DNA of 64,000 nucleotides, from IMG/VR virus record IMGVR_UViG_3300017754_001396, positions 282 through 64,281 of that record; one strand, given 5' to 3'. Shown one piece after another: positions 1 through 8,905 of the stretch. Under the pieces are notes generated by a model. It worked only from the letters and a program-made list of their open reading frames with translations, did not search any database and was not told where the DNA came from. Each line of letters opens with the position of its first letter. Positions within the stretch are counted from its first letter, which is position 1. The translations under genes were made by a program, and so were the position numbers. This stretch comes from a virus. Taxonomy: Duplodnaviria > Caudoviricetes.

Positions 1-190
1 CGATTAGTAATCCGCTTGTTAATACGTAGCCCATGCCTAACATGAATAGGTTTGTGCTCGGCTCATCTAGTAAGCCTAAGGTCAATAAGAATAGGCATAC
101 AAGCATTAAAATTTGAATCAGTTTTTTCATAACTCAATACAATAAGGGCACACCATTTCCAGTGCGCCCGATTAAACAATATCTTTATTC

Positions 191-592
191 TTATCCGATT
201 AGTTTTACTTCTTTAACCTCTTCTAATTCATACACCATCTGCGATGCATTTGTCATCTGTTCGAAAACAAGGTCATGAATAATGTCTGCAAACTTTTTAA
301 AGCTGCTTTCGGTAGTTTGTAAAGTAATCTTGAAGTCACCTAAGCCCGCAAACAATTCGTTTATGTTTGTTCCCTCTTGTCCATTGATAGACAAAATAAT
401 ATCAAACTTTCGGTTAAATGAAAAGCCCTTTATAGCAAAGCCATAACGTTTCATATTTGCGCGTGCCGTCAATACTTTACGCGCTAATGTACCGCTAACT
501 TCGCTTATCTTTGTCGTTTCAACAACAAGGTTTGAAATATTCAATTCGCTTGTACCTTGTACAAATTTTACATTTAAGTTTACTGAATTCAT
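191..592 (-). CDS. hypothetical protein (early arm)
   Basis: 133-aa ORF with A-rich leader; no recognisable motif. Confidence 0.6.
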   Translation of the reverse strand: MNSVNLNVKFVQGTSELNISNLVVETTKISEVSGTLARKVLTARANMKRYGFAIKGFSFNRKFDIILSINGQEGTNINELFAGLGDFKITLQTTESSFKKFADIIHDLVFEQMTNASQMVYELEEVKEVKLIG

Positions 593-745
593 GATAAAAG
601 TTTTAAAATAGTTTGAGCACTTCGAGAGCCTAAACCTATCCGTTTGGATAGACCTATCCTGTTAAGGATATGCACTATTTTGCTTTCCGTTCGTCCGTTT
701 ATAGTGTGGTCACCACTTGCGCCCTTGCGCCCAATAAAAACCTAA

Positions 746-988
746 CTACTTTCTTTTAGCCCGTCGCTCGTTTCGTTGACGTTCCGCGCGGTCGCTCTTA
801 TGCATCTGAAAACATACGTCGTTGAATACCCGCTCTTTTTTGTCTTCGAACCGAACCTTTCGACGTCCGTTTGTTGTTTCTTTTTGTTTGTGCTTAACTC
901 TTACGTCCTTACTAAATGTTATAACTAAATCGTTTTTAAAGGTTGTTGTTGTTGTTACTCGTGTGTGTGTGTTTGTTGTTGCTTTCAT
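746..988 (-). CDS. small basic hypothetical protein, possibly the first early gene
   Basis: 80-aa K/R-rich ORF starting about 25 nt downstream of a TACTTTTG box (1020-1013). Confidence 0.55.
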   Translation of the reverse strand: MKATTNTHTRVTTTTTFKNDLVITFSKDVRVKHKQKETTNGRRKVRFEDKKERVFNDVCFQMHKSDRAERQRNERRAKRK

Positions 989-1012
989 ATCGTTTCCGTT
1001 TGATTACATTGC

Positions 1013-1020
1013 CAAAAGTA
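1013..1020 (-). promoter_or_regulatory. Bacteroidota sigma-A -7 box (TACTTTTG)
   Basis: Matches TAnnTTTG just upstream of 746..988. Confidence 0.55.
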
Positions 1021-1452
1021 TGTATAAAGTTTTGTTTTAAAGCAAAAAAAGTAAAAAAAGATTTGAATTAATTTTTAGTGTGCTGAAAATCAATTAGTTA
1101 GAGATTGGTTGCAAAGGGAATAAATGTAGTTATATGTAGTGATATTGTGCATAAAGCTATGCATTAGTGGTAATTAGTGTGGGCATGAATAGCAGGTGAA
1201 ATAGAACGTATATGTTTATGGTAGTACGCCGTTATACGTCATATATAGTTTACCAAAGCTAAGGAAAGGTTGAGGTAAAGAGACGTAAAGAACTAGTAGT
1301 CAATGCGTTAGGGAAAAACTAGTATGCGGTACGTGGGAAGCATGGGCAGCGTAACGGGCTGGAATAAAGATAGTTATGGTATGTTATGTGAAGCGTTTGT
1401 TGAAGTGGTTTTCCCTGTGGAGAGGGGAGGGGTACTGATGTATAGTGTGGTA

Positions 1453-1495
1453 CCTCTAAATACACGTACCATTTTTAATCCTCTAAATACACGTA
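1453..1495. repeat. 16-bp direct repeat CCTCTAAATACACGTA x2 (1453-1468, 1480-1495)
   Basis: Exact repeat read from the sequence, 27-nt period. Confidence 0.9.
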
Positions 1496-1791
1496 TCGTT
1501 TTTTTCCGGGCTAGGGGTATTTGCATATAGGGTAGGGGATATTCCGATATATAAAGGTGGAGGGGTACGTAAAAGGGATAGGGTACATTTGGACAGAGTT
1601 AATTATAGGAGGGAGGCATACGGAGGTATTGTTGATACACCATTGCATTCTTCATCATATCGTCACTCCGTTGCCGACTGATGATAATTACATGGCATCC
1701 ATGATATTCTGTTCTAACTGGTAGGGAATAAACCATATAAGGGAACTTTTCTTGTAAGCCCAGTAAACACTGATGATTCGCGTTTACAAAA

Positions 1792-1827
1792 GTGGTAACA
1801 GACTGTACATAACGACTTGTGGTAACA
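1792..1827. repeat. 9-bp direct repeat GTGGTAACA x2 (1792-1800, 1819-1827)
   Basis: Exact repeat, 27-nt period, directly upstream of the first late promoter. Confidence 0.75.
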
Positions 1828-1844
1828 CTTTAATAAAATTTGTT

Positions 1845-1852
1845 TAAATTTG
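1845..1852 (+). promoter_or_regulatory. -7 box (TAAATTTG) at the start of the + arm
   Basis: TAnnTTTG 13 nt before the ATG at 1866. Confidence 0.65.
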
Positions 1853-1865
1853 CGGAAAAAGGATT

Positions 1866-2159
1866 ATGATTAGTAAAGAGGGCGTAGACCTTAGTGTTTG
1901 TATGTATTGCAAGTGTCCTTTGGATGAGTATTCTAGGACTGTGGACCATTTGTTTCCTAAGAGTAGGGGAGGTAAGTTGAGTAACAAGAATAAGGTTCCT
2001 TGCTGTGGGGACTGTAATAAGTTAAAGGGGAATATGAGTGTTGTGGAGTTTAGTAGGGCGTTGAATTCTTTTATCTTCTACCAGCATAAGGTTGTTTCTC
2101 ATTTGAAGAAGGTTAAGAACAACGTAGATAATTTAATAAGAAGTATAGATGGAAAATAA
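1866..2159 (+). CDS. HNH endonuclease (McrA/HK97 gp74-like), possible terminase cofactor
   Basis: CxxC...TVDHLFPKSRGG...N...CCGDCNKLKG HNH motif. Confidence 0.85.
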   Translation: MISKEGVDLSVCMYCKCPLDEYSRTVDHLFPKSRGGKLSNKNKVPCCGDCNKLKGNMSVVEFSRALNSFIFYQHKVVSHLKKVKNNVDNLIRSIDGK

Positions 2160-2691
2160 CATTGTGTATGATTTGCTTTTACTTGAGGCAGATAGGATAG
2201 AGAGGCTAAAGCTGAAAAAGCCTAAGCTGTATTATGAGGATGTGACGGGGAATGTTGTTCCGTTGGCTGAACCTTGGGACGCTTCCGTTGAAAATTTGAT
2301 ACAGAGTATATTTAAGAAAAAGAAGACCCGTTATCTGATAACCTTTGTTGAGTCATTGGAAGTTCAGGACGGGCTATTGCCTTGCTCACATAAGATGCTT
2401 AGGTTTATGACTAAGGAGATGAACTATGGTAACGTGATGCGTAACTATGGGTTGAGGGACATTAGGAATGCGACCGGAATGAACATGAGATATGTGATTA
2501 AAGCTATTGGTCAATTATGTGAGAAAGACTTGATTCGGTTTGACGTGGAGAAGGGTCGAAGAACGTACATGGTAAATCCTGTGTATTTTTACAAAGGTTC
2601 TATGAAGAGCATCTTCTCCGCTGTAAGGAACTATGATAAGATGATTCATAGGACGAACGAATTACAAGAACAATATGAGTCAGAAGAGTAA
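2149..2691 (+). CDS. RepL-like winged-HTH protein
   Basis: HTH (LRDIRNATGMNMRYVIKAIGQL) followed by YMVNPVYFYKG, typical of RepL-family C-termini. Confidence 0.65.
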   Translation: MENNIVYDLLLLEADRIERLKLKKPKLYYEDVTGNVVPLAEPWDASVENLIQSIFKKKKTRYLITFVESLEVQDGLLPCSHKMLRFMTKEMNYGNVMRNYGLRDIRNATGMNMRYVIKAIGQLCEKDLIRFDVEKGRRTYMVNPVYFYKGSMKSIFSAVRNYDKMIHRTNELQEQYESEE

Positions 2692-3682
2692 AGAACTAGA
2701 CAAGGTAATTTATGAATACCTAGAAAATTTTCCTGAGCATCCTACGCTCACAATAGCTAAGATGATTCGCGAAGACTATCCTAGTATGTTTAACACACTG
2801 GAAGATGCTCGTCAATCGGTAAGATACCGAAGGAACGAAAGAATTGAACGTAAAACCGAAAAGAAAGAGAAATTTGAAAGGACACCTGAGCAAAGGAAAG
2901 CAGCTCTAGGTACTTTTAAACTTCCGGAAAGTGATTACCAAAAGAAGGGTGATTACATTATGCCGGTAGCTAGTAACCGGGGGTTGATTATGAATGACAT
3001 CCATATCCCTTATCATGATATGGAAGCCCTTGAGGCAGCGATAACTCACGGGATTAAGTTCAAGCCTAACTTCATCTATCTAAATGGAGATACGGTTGAT
3101 ATGTATCAGGCATCTAGGTTTATTAAGGATAGGCTTCTTAGAGACCTAGCAGGAGAGATTGAGCTTACGCGTGAGTTCCTTCGTATGCTTAAAGACACAT
3201 TTAATTGCCCTATATACTTTAAGATTGGTAATCACGAGGACAGATGGGAACATTACATGATGACTAAGGCTCCTGAATTGTTAGGTATAAAGGACTTTAA
3301 ATTGTCAGAGGTACTTCGATTCGGTGAGCTTGGAGTTCAGCAGGTAGACAGCAAGCAATTGTGCCGTATGGGTAATATGATTGTAATGCATGGTCATGAG
3401 TTTGGTCAGAGTGTGTTTAGTCCTGTGAATAGTGCGAGAGGTCTATACATGAAGGCTAAGGCTAATTGTGCTGTAGGACATCATCATCAGACTAGTGAGC
3501 ACACTGAGAAGGATGTGAATGGTAATGTGGTTACTACGTTTTCTATTGGGTCCTTGTGTGGATTGTCCCCGGACTACTTCCCTTACAACAAGTGGAATCA
3601 CGGATTTGCGACCATTGAGACTGAGGAGAATGGTGACTATGAGTTTAGAAACTATAGAATAGTGAACGGAAAAGTTCAATAA
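2675..3682 (+). CDS. calcineurin-like metallophosphoesterase with N-terminal helical domain
   Basis: DIH, GDxxD, GNHE, HGH and GHHH motifs in order. Confidence 0.85.
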   Translation: MSQKSKELDKVIYEYLENFPEHPTLTIAKMIREDYPSMFNTLEDARQSVRYRRNERIERKTEKKEKFERTPEQRKAALGTFKLPESDYQKKGDYIMPVASNRGLIMNDIHIPYHDMEALEAAITHGIKFKPNFIYLNGDTVDMYQASRFIKDRLLRDLAGEIELTREFLRMLKDTFNCPIYFKIGNHEDRWEHYMMTKAPELLGIKDFKLSEVLRFGELGVQQVDSKQLCRMGNMIVMHGHEFGQSVFSPVNSARGLYMKAKANCAVGHHHQTSEHTEKDVNGNVVTTFSIGSLCGLSPDYFPYNKWNHGFATIETEENGDYEFRNYRIVNGKVQ

Positions 3683-3694
3683 AATAAATATTCA

Positions 3695-3702
3695 TATATT
3701 TG
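3695..3702 (+). promoter_or_regulatory. -7 box (TATATTTG)
   Basis: TAnnTTTG 20 nt before the ATG at 3723. Confidence 0.65.
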
Positions 3703-3722
3703 TCTAATTAAAATTAATAGCT

Positions 3723-3902
3723 ATGGACTTCTACGCACCAAAGAAAAAGCCTGAGGTTACTCATTACGAGAACAAGGAGCGCCTTCCCGGTAAGTGGCAT
3801 AAAGAAGATAAAAAGAAGATAGGTAAGCGTAAAGGCGAAGCTAGAGATTTAGTTCCTATTCAGAAGAAGCTTGATGCTATTCTTAAAAAACTTAGTAAGT
3901 AA
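3723..3902 (+). CDS. small basic protein (59 aa, MDFYAPKKKPEV...; not in the ORF track)
   Basis: Translated by hand; follows a promoter box; stop overlaps the next ATG. Confidence 0.7.
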   Translation: MDFYAPKKKPEVTHYENKERLPGKWHKEDKKKIGKRKGEARDLVPIQKKLDAILKKLSK

Positions 3903-4051
3903 TGCTTGGAAAGATGTCGGGCATAGACCCTAAGTTATTAAGGAAGGCTTATGCCTCTGCTAAGAAACGGGAAGCCAATAAGGGAAAATCCTTAAAGTTA
4001 AACCTAAAGAAAAGTTTAGGAAAATTAAAAGTAAAAACTAAAAACAAATAA
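3902..4051 (+). CDS. small Lys-rich protein (49 aa, MLGKMSGIDPKLLRKAYASAKKR...; not in the ORF track)
   Basis: Translated by hand; TAATG coupling with the upstream ORF. Confidence 0.6.
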   Translation: MLGKMSGIDPKLLRKAYASAKKREANKGKSLKLNLKKSLGKLKVKTKNK

Positions 4052-4053
4052 TC

Positions 4054-4455
4054 ATGTTAACACCTAAAAAAAACATCAAACAAACATTATCTGCTGCTAT
4101 GGACAAGCTAAAGCAGAGCAAAGGCATCAGTCAAAATGCTGCTAACCGTAAGGTTTCAAAAGACAAAGGATACATTGTCGGAGAATCTTATGTTCCTTTT
4201 AGCCGAAACCAGAAAAAATCTACTTCCTCTCCGGGGAATGTTCAAGATGCAATGTCACAATCTAAATCTCCTAGAACAATCAAGCAAAAATCTATTAGTC
4301 AAAATGCTGCTAATAGAAAAGTATCTAAGGATAAAGGATACATTGTTGGGGATTCTTATGTTGGGTTCAGCCGAAGCCAAAAGAAATCAACATCTTCTCC
4401 CGGTACTCTTAACGAGACAATGAAGAGCTCTAAGACTCCTAAAAGAATTAGATAA
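4054..4455 (+). CDS. basic K/S-rich protein with an internal 36-aa duplication
   Basis: SQNAANRKVSKDKGYIVGxSYVxFSRxQKKSTSSPG occurs twice (nt 4129-4236, 4297-4404). Confidence 0.75.
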   Translation: MLTPKKNIKQTLSAAMDKLKQSKGISQNAANRKVSKDKGYIVGESYVPFSRNQKKSTSSPGNVQDAMSQSKSPRTIKQKSISQNAANRKVSKDKGYIVGDSYVGFSRSQKKSTSSPGTLNETMKSSKTPKRIR

Positions 4456-4457
4456 TC

Positions 4458-4634
4458 ATGAAATCAAAGAACGCACTTAAAAAAGCTTTGTTTGAATACA
4501 AAGGGACTAAGGGCGAAGAGTCATACTCTTCTAAGAAAGATATGATGAAGCACGAGAAGTCAGAGTCTAAGAAAGAAGAGAAACGAGAAAAAAAGATGTC
4601 CAAAAGCAAATTTGGAAAAATGAAAGACTACTAG
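4458..4634 (+). CDS. small K/E-rich protein (58 aa, ...MMKHEKSESKKEEKREKK...; not in the ORF track)
   Basis: Translated by hand; fills the gap up to terL with 1-nt spacing. Confidence 0.7.
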   Translation: MKSKNALKKALFEYKGTKGEESYSSKKDMMKHEKSESKKEEKREKKMSKSKFGKMKDY

Positions 4635-4635
4635 A

Positions 4636-6699
4636 ATGGGTTTTGATTTAATTCAAGACGATACCATTTCAAACGGAGTAAGAACAAAACAATGGAAGCC
4701 TAATCACCCAGAGTTTGAATATCCAGAAGATTTTGTCAAGTGGATAAACAGCATAAACTCGGGATGGCAGAATAAAATAAAGTACACTCCGTTTGACTTG
4801 TATCGCAAACAAGCACAGGTATGGCTGGAGGATGATTCCACCATACTTGATTTTTATACCGAAGAAGAGCAACTAGATTGGCTCAAAGTAGAGATACAAA
4901 GGTGTAAAGACAATACCCTTTACTTCTGTAACAAATACGGTAAGATAAAAGAAGACCGTGTAGATGGTGGTGCGCTCCAATATAAGGCATGGGATGCACA
5001 GGAAGTTCTTCTATTCCTATTTGATTGTGGGTATTCATTTATGATTGGTAAGGCACGACAGATAGGATTTACCACTACGATGTGTCTTGCGGGAATGAAA
5101 CGAACCAACCTAAACAAATCATACTTTGTCAAGTTTGTTACGCACTCTAAGGACAAGGGTATAGAGATATTTAGGGATAAGGTTAAATGGGCATACACTA
5201 AAGTACCCGGGTTTATTGCACAGGAAGTAAAGAACTGGACAGACCAGATTATGAGCTTCGATAAGAAGGGCGATAGAAAGGGACGTGAAGAAGGTGGTGC
5301 ATCTCGTTTTCAGGTAGATAGCCCACAGATAGATGCTATCAATGGTGGTTCTCCTTCGCTAGTAATGGTGGATGAGATTGGTTTATTCGACATATTTGGT
5401 GAGATGATGCGTGAGGGTCGTCCTGCTTTGTTCAAGTTTAATCCTGACACAGGAAAGATGACCATGCAACAGCAGTTCATCGCTTGGGGTACAGGAGGTG
5501 AAATGGACAAAGGAGGCTCTGTATTCGAATCAGAATTCAAAATGTGCCTTAGGCAATGGGAGGAAGAGAACTATCAGTACGGAGTTATTCCATTATTCTT
5601 TAATGCCTATGCAAGAAGAGGTGTTACAGATGAGCACATAGAGAAAGAGAAGAAGGCATATATGGCTATAGGTGAAAGTAAGAAAGGTGAATTGGCTAGG
5701 GTTCAGTTTCACCAGCATTACCCAATCACTGTAGACGATATGTTCATTAGGAAGTCAAGAACACTTGTCCCTATACACTACTCAAACAAGAGATTGCACG
5801 ATATATATAGCATGGAAGTGCCTATTCAGTACGGATTCTTTGACCCTATATTCGATATGAGTCAACCTACGCCTGATTTGCATACGGAATATAAGATTAT
5901 CGGTGCAAGATGGGTAGAAACAGGAGACAGGGAGCACATTTCTACTACTGCAATAGTTGTTCATCACCCGCCAAAAGATGAAGTGTGGAAGAATAGGTAC
6001 TATCAAGGTACTGACCCCATAAATTCCGAGACAGGACACTCTAAAATGTCCAGTGCTATATGGGATTCACTCACCAATTCGGTTGCTTCTGTCGTTTTTC
6101 ACAAGGATAAACGGTTTAAAAACGATTATCTACAGGTATTGTTACAATCATTGTACTATGACCAGCAAAGAAAGCAGGGAGTAAAGGAATTAGTGGAGAA
6201 TAACATTGGGGATATGCACGTAGACTTCCAAGAGATGCATGGTTTTAGGCATAAATTCACTGCAAACTCACAATTGCCTGAATATTTTCAGACACATGGG
6301 GGTAAATGGTTTGGAATATCGAATAAAGTAAATACCGCTCCGCGTATCATCGCTAAAACTGAGGAAATGTTGGATGCTTATGGAGATAACATTCACGTTC
6401 CTTGGGTTTGGGAGCAATTAAAGACGTTTGTGGAGAAGGATTTAAAGAGTCAGAACACAAATAGGCAAACAAGATACCAAGCTTCCGATTTAAGATACGA
6501 CTATGATGACGTTATCTTCTCTATAACGTATGCATACATCAATGCGTTGGCTCATGTTAAGTATGAACCGGAAAATATTGCGGGAGAAGCTATATCAAAG
6601 CAAGTAACTGTAAGGTATGTACAAAGCAAAGAAACAAACTACAGGATGAGGCTTGCAAGGGTAGATAAGAACGGAAAGATTCTGAAGATAATAAAGTAA
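4636..6699 (+). CDS. terL: terminase large subunit
   Basis: Walker A-like GKARQIGFTT, Walker B VMVDEIG, coupling motif WGT, C-terminal RNase H-like GTDP...YDDVIFS. Confidence 0.9.
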   Translation: MGFDLIQDDTISNGVRTKQWKPNHPEFEYPEDFVKWINSINSGWQNKIKYTPFDLYRKQAQVWLEDDSTILDFYTEEEQLDWLKVEIQRCKDNTLYFCNKYGKIKEDRVDGGALQYKAWDAQEVLLFLFDCGYSFMIGKARQIGFTTTMCLAGMKRTNLNKSYFVKFVTHSKDKGIEIFRDKVKWAYTKVPGFIAQEVKNWTDQIMSFDKKGDRKGREEGGASRFQVDSPQIDAINGGSPSLVMVDEIGLFDIFGEMMREGRPALFKFNPDTGKMTMQQQFIAWGTGGEMDKGGSVFESEFKMCLRQWEEENYQYGVIPLFFNAYARRGVTDEHIEKEKKAYMAIGESKKGELARVQFHQHYPITVDDMFIRKSRTLVPIHYSNKRLHDIYSMEVPIQYGFFDPIFDMSQPTPDLHTEYKIIGARWVETGDREHISTTAIVVHHPPKDEVWKNRYYQGTDPINSETGHSKMSSAIWDSLTNSVASVVFHKDKRFKNDYLQVLLQSLYYDQQRKQGVKELVENNIGDMHVDFQEMHGFRHKFTANSQLPEYFQTHGGKWFGISNKVNTAPRIIAKTEEMLDAYGDNIHVPWVWEQLKTFVEKDLKSQNTNRQTRYQASDLRYDYDDVIFSITYAYINALAHVKYEPENIAGEAISKQVTVRYVQSKETNYRMRLARVDKNGKILKIIK

Positions 6700-6723
6700 A
6701 AAATGCTAGTCACAATTTTCAGT

Positions 6724-6731
6724 TATATTTG
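6724..6731 (+). promoter_or_regulatory. -7 box (TATATTTG) inside the inverted repeat GTCACAA-N13-TTGTGAC (6709-6735)
   Basis: TAnnTTTG before 6749; IR read directly. Confidence 0.65.
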
Positions 6732-6748
6732 TGACAAAATAATTTACT

Positions 6749-7021
6749 ATGATTCAACGCTCGCAAAATAAAAACAACTCGGGAAGCAATAGGAACGAGA
6801 ATTATATAGTTGAAGACATCCGAGAGATTGTCTCTATACTAAATACATCAGGTGGTGATACTACAAGTAGCATTTTGCTTAATGGATTTAGAAATGTTGG
6901 ATGTCTTAGTGGAAATATAACCCTTCCTGACAATTCTACGCTAGAGTACGATAGTCCTCTTGAAATATGTACTGGCTCAAGTATAACAATACCAGCCAAC
7001 ACAACGCTAAGTATCGTATAA
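6749..7021 (+). CDS. hypothetical protein (possible small fibre/virion accessory protein)
   Basis: 90-aa beta-rich ORF between a promoter and the fibre gene. Confidence 0.6.
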   Translation: MIQRSQNKNNSGSNRNENYIVEDIREIVSILNTSGGDTTSSILLNGFRNVGCLSGNITLPDNSTLEYDSPLEICTGSSITIPANTTLSIV

Positions 7022-7040
7022 CAATTAAATATAAACAAAG

Positions 7041-7769
7041 ATGAGTACAATTAATGTTGATGTTATTAACCCATACTTTATTGCTGGGAATGTAACTCTA
7101 AACGGAACACCTGTAAGAAATAATCCTTCAGCTAATATTATTGGTATTGGTTCAAACGCTGCATTAAATGCAACCGGGGTTGGTAGTAATACCGTAGCTA
7201 TTGGTAAAGATGCATTGCAAACTGTAACTTCTGGTGACGCTAACACTGCTGTTGGTAATGCTGCATTGTCACTTTGTACTGGTAGCAACAATACGGCTAT
7301 CGGTAGAAATGCAGGTAATTCAGCTACTACTGGAGGTAATAATATTTTTATTGGACACGCTGTTTCTGGTTCTACAGTAACTGCATCAAATGAGATTACT
7401 CTTGGTAATTCTTCTAACTCAGTTCTTCGATGTGCGGTGACTACCATCACTTCATTGTCTGATGCTCGTGACAAGAAAAGTGTAAAAACTCTTCCTGTTG
7501 GTCTTGACTTTGTTAATGCACTTAAGCCTGTTAAGTTCGTATGGAATGAGCGTGCTGAAGGAGGTCGTAAGAACATTAAAGATTTCGGATTTATTGCTCA
7601 AGACTTGAAGCAAACTCAAGAAGAATCTGGAGAAGCTGAATCTCTTAAATTAGTTTATGAAGAGAATCCTGAAAGACTTGAAGCATCTTACGGAAAATTA
7701 ATTCCTATTCTTGTTAAAGCTGTTCAAGAATTATCTGCTAAGGTTGCTGCTTTAGAAAGCGCTAAGTAA
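7041..7769 (+). CDS. short trimeric fibre: YadA/Hep_Hag-like beta-roll repeats plus C-terminal intramolecular chaperone (peptidase S74)
   Basis: Repeats NTxIGxxAL/G; SD-x-R-x-K cleavage motif (SLSDARDKK); GFIAQD; YGKLIPILVKAVQEL coiled coil. Confidence 0.85.
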   Translation: MSTINVDVINPYFIAGNVTLNGTPVRNNPSANIIGIGSNAALNATGVGSNTVAIGKDALQTVTSGDANTAVGNAALSLCTGSNNTAIGRNAGNSATTGGNNIFIGHAVSGSTVTASNEITLGNSSNSVLRCAVTTITSLSDARDKKSVKTLPVGLDFVNALKPVKFVWNERAEGGRKNIKDFGFIAQDLKQTQEESGEAESLKLVYEENPERLEASYGKLIPILVKAVQELSAKVAALESAK

Positions 7770-7792
7770 TAATTACTACATAAAAGATTTAA

Positions 7793-7816
7793 GCCCCGCA
7801 ACTAGCGGGGTTTTTT
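7793..7816 (+). terminator. intrinsic terminator
   Basis: CCCCGC-aacta-GCGGGG followed by T6, between convergent genes. Confidence 0.85.
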
Positions 7817-8163
7817 CATAATAGACTAAGCTGATAGGTTTTGACTAAATCTTTGTTGAAGCCTATTTCTTTATGCTCCCATACGCATCCATCCTTTCTG
7901 TCAACAGTTTTTACGTATTGGTCAATGATTGAATCAAATAACTTTAATTCTTTTTTATTCATCTTCTTGAACGACATATTGTGGTACTTACCAAGCTCCA
8001 AGTCAAATGAGCTATTTCTGTTGTACCAATAAAGATGCATTTCTTCTTTTCTTCTATCGTATTCAAACGCAGCCGTCATATACGACCTAATCACAAAGTG
8101 CTGAGTCTTGTCCTTTAAGATGTCTTTTAGCTTATTACTCGAATATACTGAAGAGGTGCTCAT
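7816..8163 (-). CDS. hypothetical protein
   Basis: 115-aa ORF overlapping the end of the nuclease gene. Confidence 0.65.
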   Translation of the reverse strand: MSTSSVYSSNKLKDILKDKTQHFVIRSYMTAAFEYDRRKEEMHLYWYNRNSSFDLELGKYHNMSFKKMNKKELKLFDSIIDQYVKTVDRKDGCVWEHKEIGFNKDLVKTYQLSLL

Positions 8164-8905
8164 TTAGATGCTTTTGGCGACCAAGCATATAATCTACCTC
8201 ATCCTGAAGCTCAGCCATTTTGAATACTTTGTATGTGTCGTTCTTTTCGTTCACCCAACAAATATATGAACTTCCAAGTTTAAGTTTAGTATTTCTGTGT
8301 ACAATTTTTTTATAAACACCTGTTTGTAGAGAAAATTTGTTGTAGTCTGTTTGGTAAAGATGTTCTAATCCATTAATCATTGTTGTCTTAAATGGATTGT
8401 ATGTGGATATCTGTTTACTTGTTTTGTAATCCCATACTTGAAGCTCTTCTTCTCTTAGGTTGTAAAATAACTTATCCATACACCCGCAAACACCAAGCTC
8501 GTAGTCGCCTACTATCCATTCCATTTTTACGGGTATAAGCCATCCCTTTGAATCCTCAAAGAACATATCAATTATCTCTGCTGTCTTCTTTGGAAGATAC
8601 TCTTCATCAAAATTGTAGTGCTTAGAAGAGAATTTTAGCTCTGCATACTTGTGAAGTTCTGTCCCTTTGTTTGCTGCTATTATTTTCTTTTGTTCCCACT
8701 CAAGAAGGACTAGTGCTTTGTTTAAGCCATGCTTTGTAGCATACTTTTCAGCCTGTGCATTTGAATCAAACGGAGTCTCGTACTTTTTGATTAGCGTAGT
8801 TACGGATGTGCATACCTTGTCTCTGTACTTGTAGGAATGGTCGTCTTCGTTGAAGCTTATATCCCTAAAGGCATCTAGGTCAGATATGAAATCAAGCATA
8901 TTCAT
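8135..8905 (-). CDS. PD-(D/E)XK exonuclease (lambda-exo/Cas4-like)
   Basis: GTxLH, E-W-I-V, CGCMDKL, WDYKT, YxxQxxxY motifs. Confidence 0.8.
   Translation of the reverse strand: MNMLDFISDLDAFRDISFNEDDHSYKYRDKVCTSVTTLIKKYETPFDSNAQAEKYATKHGLNKALVLLEWEQKKIIAANKGTELHKYAELKFSSKHYNFDEEYLPKKTAEIIDMFFEDSKGWLIPVKMEWIVGDYELGVCGCMDKLFYNLREEELQVWDYKTSKQISTYNPFKTTMINGLEHLYQTDYNKFSLQTGVYKKIVHRNTKLKLGSSYICWVNEKNDTYKVFKMAELQDEVDYMLGRQKHLNEHLFSIFE

Noticed and set aside
950-985. GT/GTT microsatellite as a phase-variation tract
   Set aside because: Short, and explained by the Thr/His/Asn codons of 746..988.
822-1530. Track ORFs 822..1040 and 1324..1530 as genes
   Set aside because: The first is antisense to 746..988. 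The second lies in the skewed repeat region, with no promoter box or A-rich leader and no motif.
8135-8905. Cas4 as part of a CRISPR adaptation system
   Set aside because: No Fe-S cysteine set, no cas neighbours and no array; an ordinary phage PD-(D/E)XK exonuclease is the simpler explanation.
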